Shown: in pieces, positions 27,957-37,095 of the stretch
How positions within the stretch are numbered: the first letter of the stretch is position 1
Layout of the letters: every line of letters starts with the position of its first letter
Origin: a virus
Lineage: Duplodnaviria; Caudoviricetes
DNA length: 57,000 nt
Reading direction: 5' to 3' (one strand)
Virus record (IMG/VR): IMGVR_UViG_3300044711_000225
Location: 1 to 57,000 of that record
Notes under the pieces: generated by a model
What the model saw: only the letters and a program-made list of their open reading frames with translations
Told to the model about the DNA's origin: nothing
Databases searched by the model: none
Translations under genes and position numbers: made by a program

Positions 27957-28448
27957 TCACTTGGTGCCTCCGAGCAGCGCCGCGAGCGCGTTCATCGCCC
28001 TGTCGTCGCCGTTGTTTCGGTCGGCCTCTTCGACGGCAGCGCGAGACGCGGCCCGGAGCGCAGCCAACGCTGCCCGCATCTGCGCCGGCGTCTCCCACGG
28101 CGGCAGGTCGTCGGGCCCTGGCTCATCGTCGAACGTGCTGCGGAACGAGAGGTCGAAGAAGAGCCTGCCGTCGCCGTCGCGCGGCGAGCGTCGCCACACG
28201 TGCGTGACACCGGCGAGATTGCCGCTCGGCCACGTGTACGGCTTGCGGCCGGTCTCGTCGACGTGAGCGAGGTAGCGCGCGCCGCACACCGAGCACGTCG
28301 CGCGGGCAACGAGCAGGCCCTCGTACTCGGCCAGGTACGGGCCGGCCTCCGCCTTGGTGATCGGACGCGCGGGCTCGTCGAGAACGATGCTGTCGCTTTC
28401 GCTCGAATGGCAGCGCTGGCAGGACGTCGAGCAGAGGTTGCGGCTCAT
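27957..28448 (-). CDS. Hypothetical zinc-binding protein
   Basis: CQRC, CSVC, DLSFRSTFDDEPG. Confidence 0.6.
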   Translation of the reverse strand: MSRNLCSTSCQRCHSSESDSIVLDEPARPITKAEAGPYLAEYEGLLVARATCSVCGARYLAHVDETGRKPYTWPSGNLAGVTHVWRRSPRDGDGRLFFDLSFRSTFDDEPGPDDLPPWETPAQMRAALAALRAASRAAVEEADRNNGDDRAMNALAALLGGTK

Positions 28449-28876
28449 GGCTCACCTCGCGCCGCCCGGCTCAGGAGCTCCATCACGAGCGCGTTCTCCC
28501 GCTGGCGGTCCGCGACCTCGAGGCTCTGCAGCTGCTGCCGGAGCGCCTCGCGGTCCTTGCCCATGTTCGCGCGCGCGATGCCCGAGCCAGGCGGCAGCGC
28601 GGCGCAGGCTACGTGGTTCGCGTCGAGGGCGCGGCGGGCCTGGAGGCGCCCGGGGCTGACGACGCGCGGGAGCCTGACGTCGACGAGCTCGAGCGCGCGG
28701 CGGCAGACGTCGAGCACGACCACGTCGGCGACGACGGTGCCCAGAACGCTCCCGGCGGCGTCAGCCAGCACGGTGTGCGCGGTCCGGGCGTGGTCCTCGA
28801 GGCGCCGGGCGACGCAGGCGTGGCCGCTGGTGCGCCGGTGGATGGCGAGCTGCTGGAGGGCGGCGGGGATGGTCAC
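28445..28876 (-). CDS. Hypothetical protein
   Basis: 143 aa; coupled overlaps. Confidence 0.45.
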   Translation of the reverse strand: MTIPAALQQLAIHRRTSGHACVARRLEDHARTAHTVLADAAGSVLGTVVADVVVLDVCRRALELVDVRLPRVVSPGRLQARRALDANHVACAALPPGSGIARANMGKDREALRQQLQSLEVADRQRENALVMELLSRAARGEP

Positions 28877-29445
28877 GAGACCCTCCGGAGCTTGCGACGC
28901 AAGGCGCGGCTAGTGTCGTAGTGGTAGCGGCAGAGCCCCGCGACGGCGACGAGGCGGCCGCAGGCGGGCTCGCCGCACTGGACGGCGCCGCGCTCGACCT
29001 TCGCCTCGCGCCTCGCCGCCCACGACGCACGGCCGCCGCGACGCGCGCCATCGCGAGGGTCGGAGGAGCGGTCGTGTCCGGCAGCGTCGAGCAGTTCGCC
29101 AACTGCGACGGCAACTCGCAGGCGCCGACGCCACGGGTCACCGAGCGAGTAGGGCCGCAGCAGATCCGCGAGCGCGAGCGATGCGGCGCGCTGCGTCGGG
29201 TAGTCCTTGACGATGTAGGCTTGGCCGCGCTCGTCGACGATGCGGAAGGTGGGCCTGCCAGGCTCGTGCGCCGCCCGGTTCCGGGCGGCGTGCACGCAAA
29301 GCACGGGCTCACCGAGCGGCTTCGCCGTCGGCGTCGTCTCGATGCGCGTCGCGAGGGAGCGACAGCGCTCGCCCGGGCGCGCGTGACACTTCGGGCATGC
29401 CGCGTAGCGCACGGCCGGGGGCATGTAGGGGACGTCGGCGCTCAC
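28873..29445 (-). CDS. Hypothetical zinc-finger protein
   Basis: CPKCHARPGERC...HAAR; CGEPAC...GLCRYHY. Confidence 0.55.
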   Translation of the reverse strand: MSADVPYMPPAVRYAACPKCHARPGERCRSLATRIETTPTAKPLGEPVLCVHAARNRAAHEPGRPTFRIVDERGQAYIVKDYPTQRAASLALADLLRPYSLGDPWRRRLRVAVAVGELLDAAGHDRSSDPRDGARRGGRASWAARREAKVERGAVQCGEPACGRLVAVAGLCRYHYDTSRALRRKLRRVS

Positions 29446-30806
29446 GCCGTGGCCCTCCGCTGCTCGGGCACGTCCTGCACGCGGTAGCGCAGGATCCTCC
29501 CCGACACTTTCCAGCCGAACGCGATCGCCTGCGGGCTCTTCCCTCGAGAGCGGCGGTCGTTCACGTACGCGCACCACTCGAGCCACGCGCTGTCCCCGCG
29601 CGCGGCTGCGGCCGTCGCGCGCTTCTCGGCGGTGACGAGGGCGAGCTCGCGCTTCGACACGCGCGGAGGCGGAGGTTTCGGGAGCATGGCGCCGCACGAG
29701 GGGCAGGGCCGGCCGCCGCCCCGGTGCCACGCGAGACAGCTCCGACACGACACGACGGGCGGCAGCGGCGCCGCGTCGAGCTGCGCGAGCTTGGACGCCT
29801 TGCCCGCGAGCGAGAACACGCGCGCGTCCTCGGGAAGGCCGTGTACGTGCACGCAGCCGCGGAGGTCGATGACGATGCAGTCGCGCTTGCCGGTGCCGGG
29901 CGAGGGGCGCAGCCCGCGCCCGATCGACTGCATCCACGCCGCGTCGGTCGAGCACCCCCGCGCGATGATCACGCACTCGACGGCGGGCACGTCGGTCCCC
30001 TCGGTGAGGCAGAAGACGTTGACGACCACGCGCAGCTGCCCGGTCGCGAGGCGCTCAAGCGCGAGCCGGCGCTCGTCGGGGTCGGTGCCGCCCTCGACGC
30101 ACGCGGCATGGATGCCACGCGCGGAGAACGCAGCCGCGAGCCGGTGCGCCTCGGGCACGTTCGTCGCGAAGACGATCGCGCGGCGCCCAGCGGCGAGGCG
30201 CACGTAGGCGTCGACGGGATCCTCGCTGAGCTTTTCGGTCTCGTTCGCCGGCGCGAAGACGCGGCAGGGCACGAGCGACCCCGACGCCTGCAGGGCGGCG
30301 ACGCTCGTCGCGACGACCATCGCCTCGAACACGTCGCCAAGCGGCGTACCGTCGCCCCTCTGCGGCGTGGCGGTGAGCCCGAGGACGAGCTCGAGCCCGG
30401 GGTAAGCGTCGAGGATGCCTCGCCACGTGCGCGCCGTGACGTGGTGGCTCTCGTCGATGACGATCACGTTGACGCCCTCGGGCCGCTCGCCGCGCCTGGC
30501 CAGGGTCTGCACGCTCGCGACCTGCATCGGGAGGTCCGGTCGCCGCGGCTTGCCGGCCTGGACGATCCCGTGGTCGATCCCGAGCTCGCGCAGCGACGAG
30601 CTTGCCTGCGCGACGAGCTCCGTCCGGTGCGTCAGCCAGAGCACCACGCGGCCCTTGCGCATCGCCGACTCGACGACGGACACGGCCGTCTTCGTCTTGC
30701 CAGACCCTACGGGCATGACGAGGAGGATCCGGCGCGCGCCGGCGCGCCACTTCGCGCGCACGTCGGCCACGGCGTCGGCCTGGTACTGCCGCAGGGAGAA
30801 GCCCAC
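29442..30806 (-). CDS. Superfamily 2 (DExH) helicase with C-terminal Zn ribbon
   Basis: LRQYQ, PVGSGKT, IDESHH, LTATP, QSIGRGLR, CRSC/CPSC. Confidence 0.93.
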   Translation of the reverse strand: MGFSLRQYQADAVADVRAKWRAGARRILLVMPVGSGKTKTAVSVVESAMRKGRVVLWLTHRTELVAQASSSLRELGIDHGIVQAGKPRRPDLPMQVASVQTLARRGERPEGVNVIVIDESHHVTARTWRGILDAYPGLELVLGLTATPQRGDGTPLGDVFEAMVVATSVAALQASGSLVPCRVFAPANETEKLSEDPVDAYVRLAAGRRAIVFATNVPEAHRLAAAFSARGIHAACVEGGTDPDERRLALERLATGQLRVVVNVFCLTEGTDVPAVECVIIARGCSTDAAWMQSIGRGLRPSPGTGKRDCIVIDLRGCVHVHGLPEDARVFSLAGKASKLAQLDAAPLPPVVSCRSCLAWHRGGGRPCPSCGAMLPKPPPPRVSKRELALVTAEKRATAAAARGDSAWLEWCAYVNDRRSRGKSPQAIAFGWKVSGRILRYRVQDVPEQRRATA

Positions 30807-30807
30807 C

Positions 30808-31377
30808 TCAGGCCGTCGCCTCGTCGAACAGCGATCCCTGCCGCTCTTGGGCCGAGAGGGCCCTCGTGTCGATCACCTCGCGCGTGTCGGTCCGGATCGT
30901 GTTCATGCACCCGAGCCGGTCGTCCCGCTCCTCGACGCACGCGACGTCGCGGTACTCGTAGCCATCGCGGCGCACGCGAGCGATCTCGCGGTTCGCCTCG
31001 ATCAGCGAATCGATCTTCGCCTTGCTGGACTTCACCCGGCGCGCGTGCGCGTCGAGCTCGTGCTCGGCCTCCTCGATCTGCTCGAAGTTCGCGTCGACCT
31101 GCGAGGCGCGCTCAGCGAGCTCGGCGGTGGAGAGGAAGCACTTGAGCTTGCGGGTCGGCGTGTACAGGGCGGCCGCGTCGAGCGGGCCACCGGGCGCCGC
31201 CAGCTTCGCCGCTGCATCACGGAGCTCGTCGGCGGTGACGGTGACGACGGGGGTGGAGTCGCCCGGCTCGCTCTCGCCAGGCATGCCCGCCTCGTCGTCG
31301 AACAGGTCCGCGGGCTCCTCGTGCTTCGCCGCGCCGTTGCTGCCGTTCTTCGTCTTGCTCTTCGTCGCCTTCGCCAT
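30808..31377 (-). CDS. Hypothetical coiled-coil protein
   Basis: AGGGAG RBS; ...IRTDTREVIDTRAL...RQGSLF. Confidence 0.65.
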   Translation of the reverse strand: MAKATKSKTKNGSNGAAKHEEPADLFDDEAGMPGESEPGDSTPVVTVTADELRDAAAKLAAPGGPLDAAALYTPTRKLKCFLSTAELAERASQVDANFEQIEEAEHELDAHARRVKSSKAKIDSLIEANREIARVRRDGYEYRDVACVEERDDRLGCMNTIRTDTREVIDTRALSAQERQGSLFDEATA

Positions 31378-31402
31378 CGTTGTCTCCCTGTTCGTGTCGT
31401 CG

Positions 31403-31621
31403 TCAGCCCTCGACGGGCGTCCCCGCAAGCAGCACCGCGTCCAGGTGCGCGAGCGCATCCGCGAGGTCCCGCCGCGCCTGGTTGTGCGCGAGCCGCGCGC
31501 GCTCGAACGGGAGGCGCGCCGCCTCGGCTTCGGCGGCGGTGCGCTGCTCGGCCCAGAGCGCGCGGGCGTAGCGTGCGGCTGCGGCCTCGCGGGCGTCGGC
31601 TGCGAGCTCGGCGGCGGTCAC
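31403..31621 (-). CDS. Small hypothetical protein
   Basis: 72 aa; GTGA overlap. Confidence 0.4.
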   Translation of the reverse strand: MTAAELAADAREAAAARYARALWAEQRTAAEAEAARLPFERARLAHNQARRDLADALAHLDAVLLAGTPVEG

Positions 31622-31953
31622 TTGATCGCCTCGTCGAGCGGCTTGGTGGCCCAGCGCGCCCCGCACCCGTCCACGTCGGTGTCGCACTCCTGGTAGAGGT
31701 GCGCCCCGTGCTCGGGGTAGTCCTCGTCGATGTCCGAGGAGTAGAGCCGTGGGTCGGTTACCGCGGCGCTCAGGCCGCACGCCGGGCATGACGTCCGCTT
31801 GCCGCGCTGCTCGTAGAAGTGGATCGGATTCCGGTCCTCGCCGAACGCTGGCCGCCTGCGCGTCATCGGCTTCGGCACGGTGTTCAGCGTCGCGAAGGAC
31901 ACCAGCGCAGCGAAGAGCGCGAGCGCAGCGCTGGCACACGCGAGCCAATCCAT
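31618..31953 (-). CDS. Hypothetical protein, N-terminal hydrophobic helix plus Zn ribbon
   Basis: CPAC...C(x6)CGARW; GGAGG RBS. Confidence 0.55.
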   Translation of the reverse strand: MDWLACASAALALFAALVSFATLNTVPKPMTRRRPAFGEDRNPIHFYEQRGKRTSCPACGLSAAVTDPRLYSSDIDEDYPEHGAHLYQECDTDVDGCGARWATKPLDEAIK

Positions 31954-31955
31954 GG

Positions 31956-32441
31956 CTACACGACCTCCGCATCGAGGATCATCCTGTCGAACCCGGGCGA
32001 CAGCCGCAGCCCGATCGGCTCGTCGAGCGACCGCGCGTACGGCGACGACCACGGGCCCGCGCAGTGCCGCGGCTCGGTGCCGGCGGCGGAGAGCTTGGAG
32101 AGCGGCAGCGGGATCGCGACGCCCGGCTCGGCGTGACACGGCGGGTTCAGCGGCCGCACGTGTTCGGAGAGGACATGCCCTCCAACGGAGCGCACAGGCG
32201 GGGGCGCGATGGTGCGGAGCAGCCCGTTCCGCAACGTCGCGTAGCTGAACGTCAACGGCTCGCCGGCGAGGGCGGCGTCGACCACGAGCGCGTCGGTGAA
32301 CGCGGCGGGCGGCGGAGGCGGGAGCGTCGACGAAACGGGCGGCGGCGTATCGGAGTCAGACACGGGGACCTCGAGGCGCCGCGCGGGCGCCGGTGCGGGC
32401 GTCAGAGCAGGGCGGAGAGGGCGGCGAGCGCAGCGCGACAC
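31956..32441 (-). CDS. Hypothetical Pro-rich protein (start uncertain)
   Basis: Fills the operon gap. Confidence 0.35.
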   Translation of the reverse strand: MSRCARRPLRPALTPAPAPARRLEVPVSDSDTPPPVSSTLPPPPPAAFTDALVVDAALAGEPLTFSYATLRNGLLRTIAPPPVRSVGGHVLSEHVRPLNPPCHAEPGVAIPLPLSKLSAAGTEPRHCAGPWSSPYARSLDEPIGLRLSPGFDRMILDAEVV

Positions 32442-32767
32442 GCGGGCGCGGCAGCAGGGCAGCGCCGCGCGAGCTTGTAGAGGTGCCGCAGGTAGATCGG
32501 GCGTCGGCCGTCGAGCATCTCTCGCGCCCTCGCCGCACCGACGTCGAGGGCCGCGCCGACGTCCGGCGAGCGCAGGCCGGCGGCCTCGAGCGCGAGCTTG
32601 AGCGGTGCTGCGAGCATCGGGTCGAGCTCATCGCCGAGCCGCGTGACGCTGCACGGCTGTGCGGTGACGGCGGGCCGCGTGGCCGAGCGCGCGGACGTGC
32701 GCACGTTCGAGGGATGCAGGTACGGGGCGCGTACGAGCGGCGCGGGGGCAACGGAGGGAGCGGCCAC
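32402..32767 (-). CDS. HTH protein in CII-like position
   Basis: LEAAGLRSPDVGAALDVGAARAREMLDGRRP, directly downstream of cro-like gene. Confidence 0.55.
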   Translation of the reverse strand: MAAPSVAPAPLVRAPYLHPSNVRTSARSATRPAVTAQPCSVTRLGDELDPMLAAPLKLALEAAGLRSPDVGAALDVGAARAREMLDGRRPIYLRHLYKLARRCPAAAPACRAALAALSALL

Positions 32768-32770
32768 GGC

Positions 32771-33064
32771 CTAGCCCTCGGTCCCGGTTCGAGGACGGGG
32801 ATTCGCGCTCGCCCTGTTCACGGCGCCGCGAACTTGTCGCTGGGTCGGAGCCTCGCCCTTGCCGTTGATCAGCCACTCGAGCTCGACGCCGAAGACGTAG
32901 GCGAGGGCGAGGGCGACGTCGGCGCTGACCCGGGAGCCGCGGCCGGCCCCGCTCTCCAGCAGGTAGGTGTGGCCGGGGCTCAGGCCCGCGAGGCGGTCGA
33001 GATCCCGCGTGGAGATCTCTGCCTTGGCCCGCAGGTCGCGCAGCCGTTCGGCGAGGGGCGTCAT
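32771..33064 (-). CDS. Cro-like XRE HTH regulator
   Basis: LAERLRDLR...STRDLDRLAGLSPGH..LLESG...GVELEWLING. Confidence 0.85.
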   Translation of the reverse strand: MTPLAERLRDLRAKAEISTRDLDRLAGLSPGHTYLLESGAGRGSRVSADVALALAYVFGVELEWLINGKGEAPTQRQVRGAVNRASANPRPRTGTEG

Positions 33065-33067
33065 GAA

Positions 33068-33125
33068 AACGTTCGTATTCTGTATGACGAACGTTGTCAA
33101 GTCGGGCGGGATGACATTCGTATTC
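33068..33125 (-). promoter_or_regulatory. Leftward promoter/operator region
   Basis: TTGACA on minus at 33100-33095; inverted repeat AACGTTCGT-N10-ACGAACGTT (33068-33095); TTCGTATTC repeated at 33117. Confidence 0.7.
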
Positions 33126-33127
33126 CC

Positions 33128-33649
33128 GTGGAGGATCCTGCGGTTGTGAGGCCCGCAGCCGTCCCGCTGAGCCCGCTCGCCGAGCGGATCGAGAAGATCA
33201 TGGCGGACAACGGCTGGACGCAGCGCGACCTCGCGGCGCGCGCGGGGCTGACGCAGGCGGCGATCTCGCGGTTCTTCACGGACCCCAAGCGGCGCGGCAA
33301 CAGCGCGACGATCGAGAAGATCGCGGCGGCCGCGGGGGTCAGCGTCTCATGGCTCACGTCGGGCGACGAAGGGCCTGCTGCGCCGGGGCCGCGTGACCCG
33401 TACCCGCACCGCGAGCAAGCGCTCCGTGGAGCTCGCACGCTGGGCTACTTCGAGGAGCAGGACATGCAGGCGCTGCGCAACATCGCCGGCTTCCACTCCG
33501 ACGACGATCCCAAGGTGGAGTGGTGGATGGACCGGCTCCGCCGCATCCGCGATCGCCGCATCGGCGCGGCCCCGCAACGCGAGGGCGAGGTGCTGAAGGC
33601 GTCGCCTCCGCCCAGGGCGGATCGAGCACGCGACGACGAGGATCCCTAG
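33128..33649 (+). CDS. Repressor (CI/ImmR-like XRE HTH, no S24 peptidase domain visible)
   Basis: WTQRDLAARAGLTQAAISRF...IAAAAGVSVSWL; divergent from cro-like gene; start approximate. Confidence 0.85.
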   Translation: MEDPAVVRPAAVPLSPLAERIEKIMADNGWTQRDLAARAGLTQAAISRFFTDPKRRGNSATIEKIAAAAGVSVSWLTSGDEGPAAPGPRDPYPHREQALRGARTLGYFEEQDMQALRNIAGFHSDDDPKVEWWMDRLRRIRDRRIGAAPQREGEVLKASPPPRADRARDDEDP

Positions 33650-33680
33650 ACGCCTGCGCGTCGTCGACTACCCTGACCGG

Positions 33681-34256
33681 GTGCTCGTTGATGCAGAGGG
33701 GGCGGCGGCGCGGATGAGGCAGCTCGCAGGCATCGGCGAGCGCGAGCTACCGGGCGCGGTCGGCTTCGCGGACCGCTATCTCGGTGAGGGCCGGGTCCTC
33801 ATCGTCGACGCGCGCGAGGTCTGGGGCGATGGCGAGGTGACCGAGGACGGCTACGTGCTCGTGCGCGGGGGGCTCGACGATCCGACCCGGGAGTTCGTCA
33901 TCTTTCACGAGCTCGCCGAGCATTGGGTGGCCTGCGCCTCGATCCCGTTCGTCGACCATCGCGAGAAGGAGGCCGCGTGCAACGAGATCGCCGCGGCGCT
34001 GCTCGCTCCTCCCGGGCCCTTCCACGCCGCCGTCCGAGAGTACGGGCCGCTGAAGCTTGCCGAGCTCGCGCACGACTTCCGCGCGACGCAGACGTCGATG
34101 GCTCTGCGCGTGGGCGAGGTCGAGGGCCGCTCCGTTCGCGTCGAGCGCCCCCGGCTCGTGCGGGACCGCGGGCCGGCGTGCGACTGGACGTCGCCCAGCT
34201 GCGCGCGCGTCACCATCACGGACGCGCCGCAGCGGGTCGCGATCATCGCAGCCTAG
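33681..34256 (+). CDS. ImmA/IrrE-family metallopeptidase (anti-repressor)
   Basis: REFVIFHELAEH...EAACNEIAAALLAP...LAHDF; adjacent to repressor. Confidence 0.8.
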   Translation: MLVDAEGAAARMRQLAGIGERELPGAVGFADRYLGEGRVLIVDAREVWGDGEVTEDGYVLVRGGLDDPTREFVIFHELAEHWVACASIPFVDHREKEAACNEIAAALLAPPGPFHAAVREYGPLKLAELAHDFRATQTSMALRVGEVEGRSVRVERPRLVRDRGPACDWTSPSCARVTITDAPQRVAIIAA

Positions 34257-34609
34257 GGCGAGACGCAGGCGGAGTAGACGCTCAGGCAGCCCGCGCCCAC
34301 AGGCGTCGCGCACGTTCGGCACGCATCCGACAGCGCACCGCCTGCGCAGTCCGCGGCGCACTCCGGGCAGTTGCCCACGAAGGACCCGGCGGCGACGTCG
34401 CAGACGCATGCGTACCAGTCTTCGGCGGCCTGCACGGCTGGCCCGGCGCAGACGTCCGTCGAGGGCGACGCGGTGCCGATCGTGATCGCCTGCTCGCACG
34501 TCGTGTAGCAGCCGCCTGGCCCGTCGCCGCTCGGCCCCGTGTCGGAGCCGCACGCGGCTAGCTGGACGGCACCGACGAGGACCAGGGCGAGGACGAGCGA
34601 GAGCTTCAT
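34253..34609 (-). CDS. Cys-rich lipoprotein
   Basis: MKLSLVLALVLVGAVQLAAC lipobox; many Cys. Confidence 0.75.
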   Translation of the reverse strand: MKLSLVLALVLVGAVQLAACGSDTGPSGDGPGGCYTTCEQAITIGTASPSTDVCAGPAVQAAEDWYACVCDVAAGSFVGNCPECAADCAGGALSDACRTCATPVGAGCLSVYSACVSP

Positions 34610-34641
34610 GCGTGGCAGCCTGGGGCCGCGGCGCGACTTCG

Positions 34642-34851
34642 TCAACGCGCCGGCCTGTACTCGGTGCAGAGCACCTTCGACACCTGAAGCATCGCGACGT
34701 CGCACATGATGATCCGATCGTAGCCGTCGCTGTTGTGCTCGACGAACCAGACGCGCGAGGCGTCCGGGTTGTGCACCGGCACGGCGTCGCGGATGTGGGT
34801 CGTCGAGCAGCCGGCGAGGAGCGCCGCAAAGCAGAGCGCGAGCGCCCGCAT
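34642..34851 (-). CDS. Small lipoprotein
   Basis: MRALALCFAALLAGC lipobox. Confidence 0.7.
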   Translation of the reverse strand: MRALALCFAALLAGCSTTHIRDAVPVHNPDASRVWFVEHNSDGYDRIIMCDVAMLQVSKVLCTEYRPAR

Positions 34852-35390
34852 CAGCGCCGACCCTTGCGCGGCGGAGGCTTCGCGGGGGCGCTGGGCGGTA
34901 GCGGCAGGGCGACACCAGAAGGCGCGCCCGGGAGGTTGATGAACGTGCAGTGCTTGAGCAGCACGTTCATCAGGAGCCCCTCGCATGAGCACCGCACCGC
35001 GATCACGTCGCCCTTGTTCAACTGCGCCGCGCGGCCCGCGAGGTCATCGTCGAAGAACGCCTGCGCGTGCTGAAACTCCATCGGCGCGCCGCTGCCTAGC
35101 GTCACGTAGATGTTGTTCAAGATGTCCTTCTTGATGTCCGCCACGGCCCCGACCACCTGTAGCTGTTTCCCCTTGTACTTGGCGTCGGCGCGGACCTCGT
35201 TCGCCTTGTACTCGTCCACCAACGCCTTCGCCTGGACGACGATCGACGGCGCCGTCGGCGCGGTCTCCGCTGACGTCGAGGCCGTGTCTGTCGAGGGCGC
35301 CGCCTCGCTCGTGGACTTCTTGCCGCCGCACGCGAGGGCGACGACTAGGAGCGCCGCCCCGTAGAGCCCGATCTCGATGTTGGGTCGCAT
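34851..35390 (-). CDS. OB-fold (tRNA_anti-like) lipoprotein
   Basis: ALAC lipobox; LVDEYKANEVRADAKYKGK.L.V.G.V..I. Confidence 0.8.
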   Translation of the reverse strand: MRPNIEIGLYGAALLVVALACGGKKSTSEAAPSTDTASTSAETAPTAPSIVVQAKALVDEYKANEVRADAKYKGKQLQVVGAVADIKKDILNNIYVTLGSGAPMEFQHAQAFFDDDLAGRAAQLNKGDVIAVRCSCEGLLMNVLLKHCTFINLPGAPSGVALPLPPSAPAKPPPRKGRR

Positions 35391-35447
35391 CAGGGCAGCG
35401 TATCGAGGCTCGAGAACCGGCCTCGGAGAAAAAAGATCGCACCGCGC

Positions 35448-35494
35448 TTGACAACGTTCGTCATCAGAGTACGTTCGTCATCACGATGACGAAC
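35448..35494 (+). promoter_or_regulatory. Rightward early promoter/operators
   Basis: TTGACA-N16-TACGTT; ACGTTCGTCATCA twice; palindrome GTTCGTCATC-AC-GATGACGAAC (35473-35494). Confidence 0.75.
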
Positions 35495-35992
35495 CGAATC
35501 ACTTCTGCCCGCCCCCTCACCACCCACGCCGAGCGCGTGGCGGTGTCCCGCCTGCTCCCGCCGCCGACCACGCTGGACATGCTCCAGCAGACCCGGCGCG
35601 TGTGGGCCGAGGCGATCCAGGACGGCGGCGCGGCCGCGGCCGAGCGGCGCGGCATCCCGGCCTGCATGCGGAGCGAGGCGCCGCTGACGCTGTTTCAGGC
35701 GCTGACGATGGCGCGGGTCGACCTGCGCGACGGGTGGCTCGAGCGCGAGGTCGGCTACCGGCAGGCGACCGAGGCGCTGCGGCTGATCGTGCAGGTCGGG
35801 ATGCTGCCGACGAACTTCGCGGAGCCGGTGGAGCGTGGGCTCGCGGCGTTGGACGCGGCTGTGGAGGCTGCGGAGCGCGAGGAGCGGCGGCAGGCGCTGC
35901 GGGAGCGCGCGGCGCGGGTTCATCGCGATGTCGTGTCGCGGATGGACGCGCGGACGGCGGAGCACCTCGGGCTGCGGGCGGTGGCGTCGTGA
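35486..35992 (+). CDS. Hypothetical protein, first gene of early operon
   Basis: 168 aa directly after promoter. Confidence 0.6.
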   Translation: MTNRITSARPLTTHAERVAVSRLLPPPTTLDMLQQTRRVWAEAIQDGGAAAAERRGIPACMRSEAPLTLFQALTMARVDLRDGWLEREVGYRQATEALRLIVQVGMLPTNFAEPVERGLAALDAAVEAAEREERRQALRERAARVHRDVVSRMDARTAEHLGLRAVAS

Positions 35993-36474
35993 GCCCGGTA
36001 GCTGGCGTGCCGGTCTGCGAGCACGGTTACACTGGTTACCCGCGCGAATGCCCCGACTGCTACCCGGGTGCCGGCGCTGTCGTGCTCGGCGGGCCGAACG
36101 GTCCCGTCGTGCTGGGCGACGAGGACTTCCCGGAGCGGGTCCCGCCGGACCTGTCGAAGATGCGGCCGGTCGACCCCAGCCACGTGGTGGCCGCGGAGGC
36201 GCTGCAGGCCAAGCTCGACGCGGTCTCGGCGCGGCTGCGCCCCCCGGCGGACGGCGACCCGCAGCGCACGGCACCCGACCCCGTGGCCGCCGCGCAGGCG
36301 AGCGTGGCTCGGATGGCGCGCGCGCTGCTGCGCGGGGTCGTGAGCGAGTCGAGGAAGCGCGACGGCGCGGAGGTCGCGCTCGTCGTGAACGCGGAGCAGC
36401 TGCGGGTGCTGCGCGAGGCGGTGACGCTCTGGGACGACGCGGCGCACGCGCAGATCGTGGGAGGTGGACGGTGA
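35989..36474 (+). CDS. Hypothetical protein
   Basis: CEHG...CPDC; GTGA overlaps. Confidence 0.5.
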   Translation: MSPVAGVPVCEHGYTGYPRECPDCYPGAGAVVLGGPNGPVVLGDEDFPERVPPDLSKMRPVDPSHVVAAEALQAKLDAVSARLRPPADGDPQRTAPDPVAAAQASVARMARALLRGVVSESRKRDGAEVALVVNAEQLRVLREAVTLWDDAAHAQIVGGGR

Positions 36475-36917
36475 GGATCTACGTCGCGTCGTCGTGGCGC
36501 AACATGTTGCAGCCCGGGATCGTGCACGCGCTTCGTCGCTGCGGGCACGACGTTTACGACTTCCGCGCCCCGGCGCCGGGCAACAGCGGCTTCCGGTGGT
36601 CGGAGATCGATCCGAACTGGAAGACGTGGACGCCGGAGCAGTACCGGGCGGCGCTTCAGCACCCGATCGCAAAGGAGGGCTATGCGCACGACATCGCGGC
36701 CCTCCGCGGGTGCGACGTCGTCGTCCTCGTGCTGCCGTCGGGCCGCTCGGCGTCGTGGGAGTTCGGCTACGCGATGGGTCAGGGAAAGCCCGGCTACGTC
36801 GTCCAGTTCGACAACGTGGAGCCGGAGCTCATGTACCGCGAAGCGAAGCTGCTCGCGCACATGGACGAGCTGTTCGACGCGTTCGGGGAGCCGCTCGAGA
36901 AGGCGGTGTCCAAGTGA
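36471..36917 (+). CDS. Nucleoside 2'-deoxyribosyltransferase-like protein
   Basis: IYVASSWRN...DIAALRGCDVVVLVLPSGRSASWEFGYAMGQGK. Confidence 0.75.
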   Translation: MRIYVASSWRNMLQPGIVHALRRCGHDVYDFRAPAPGNSGFRWSEIDPNWKTWTPEQYRAALQHPIAKEGYAHDIAALRGCDVVVLVLPSGRSASWEFGYAMGQGKPGYVVQFDNVEPELMYREAKLLAHMDELFDAFGEPLEKAVSK

Positions 36918-37095
36918 CCCCCGCCCCCGCCCCGGTGCAGCCGTCGCCCAGCGCGCCGGTCCGTCCCCGCCATCTGCCGCTCACGCCGGAGCACGCGTGG
37001 CGCTGCGCCGACCCCGCCACCGTGCGGTACCTGCTCGCGCTCGGGCGGACGCTCGTCGAGGCCCGGCGGGCTCAGGTGCAGAGCCGGGGTGCGGG

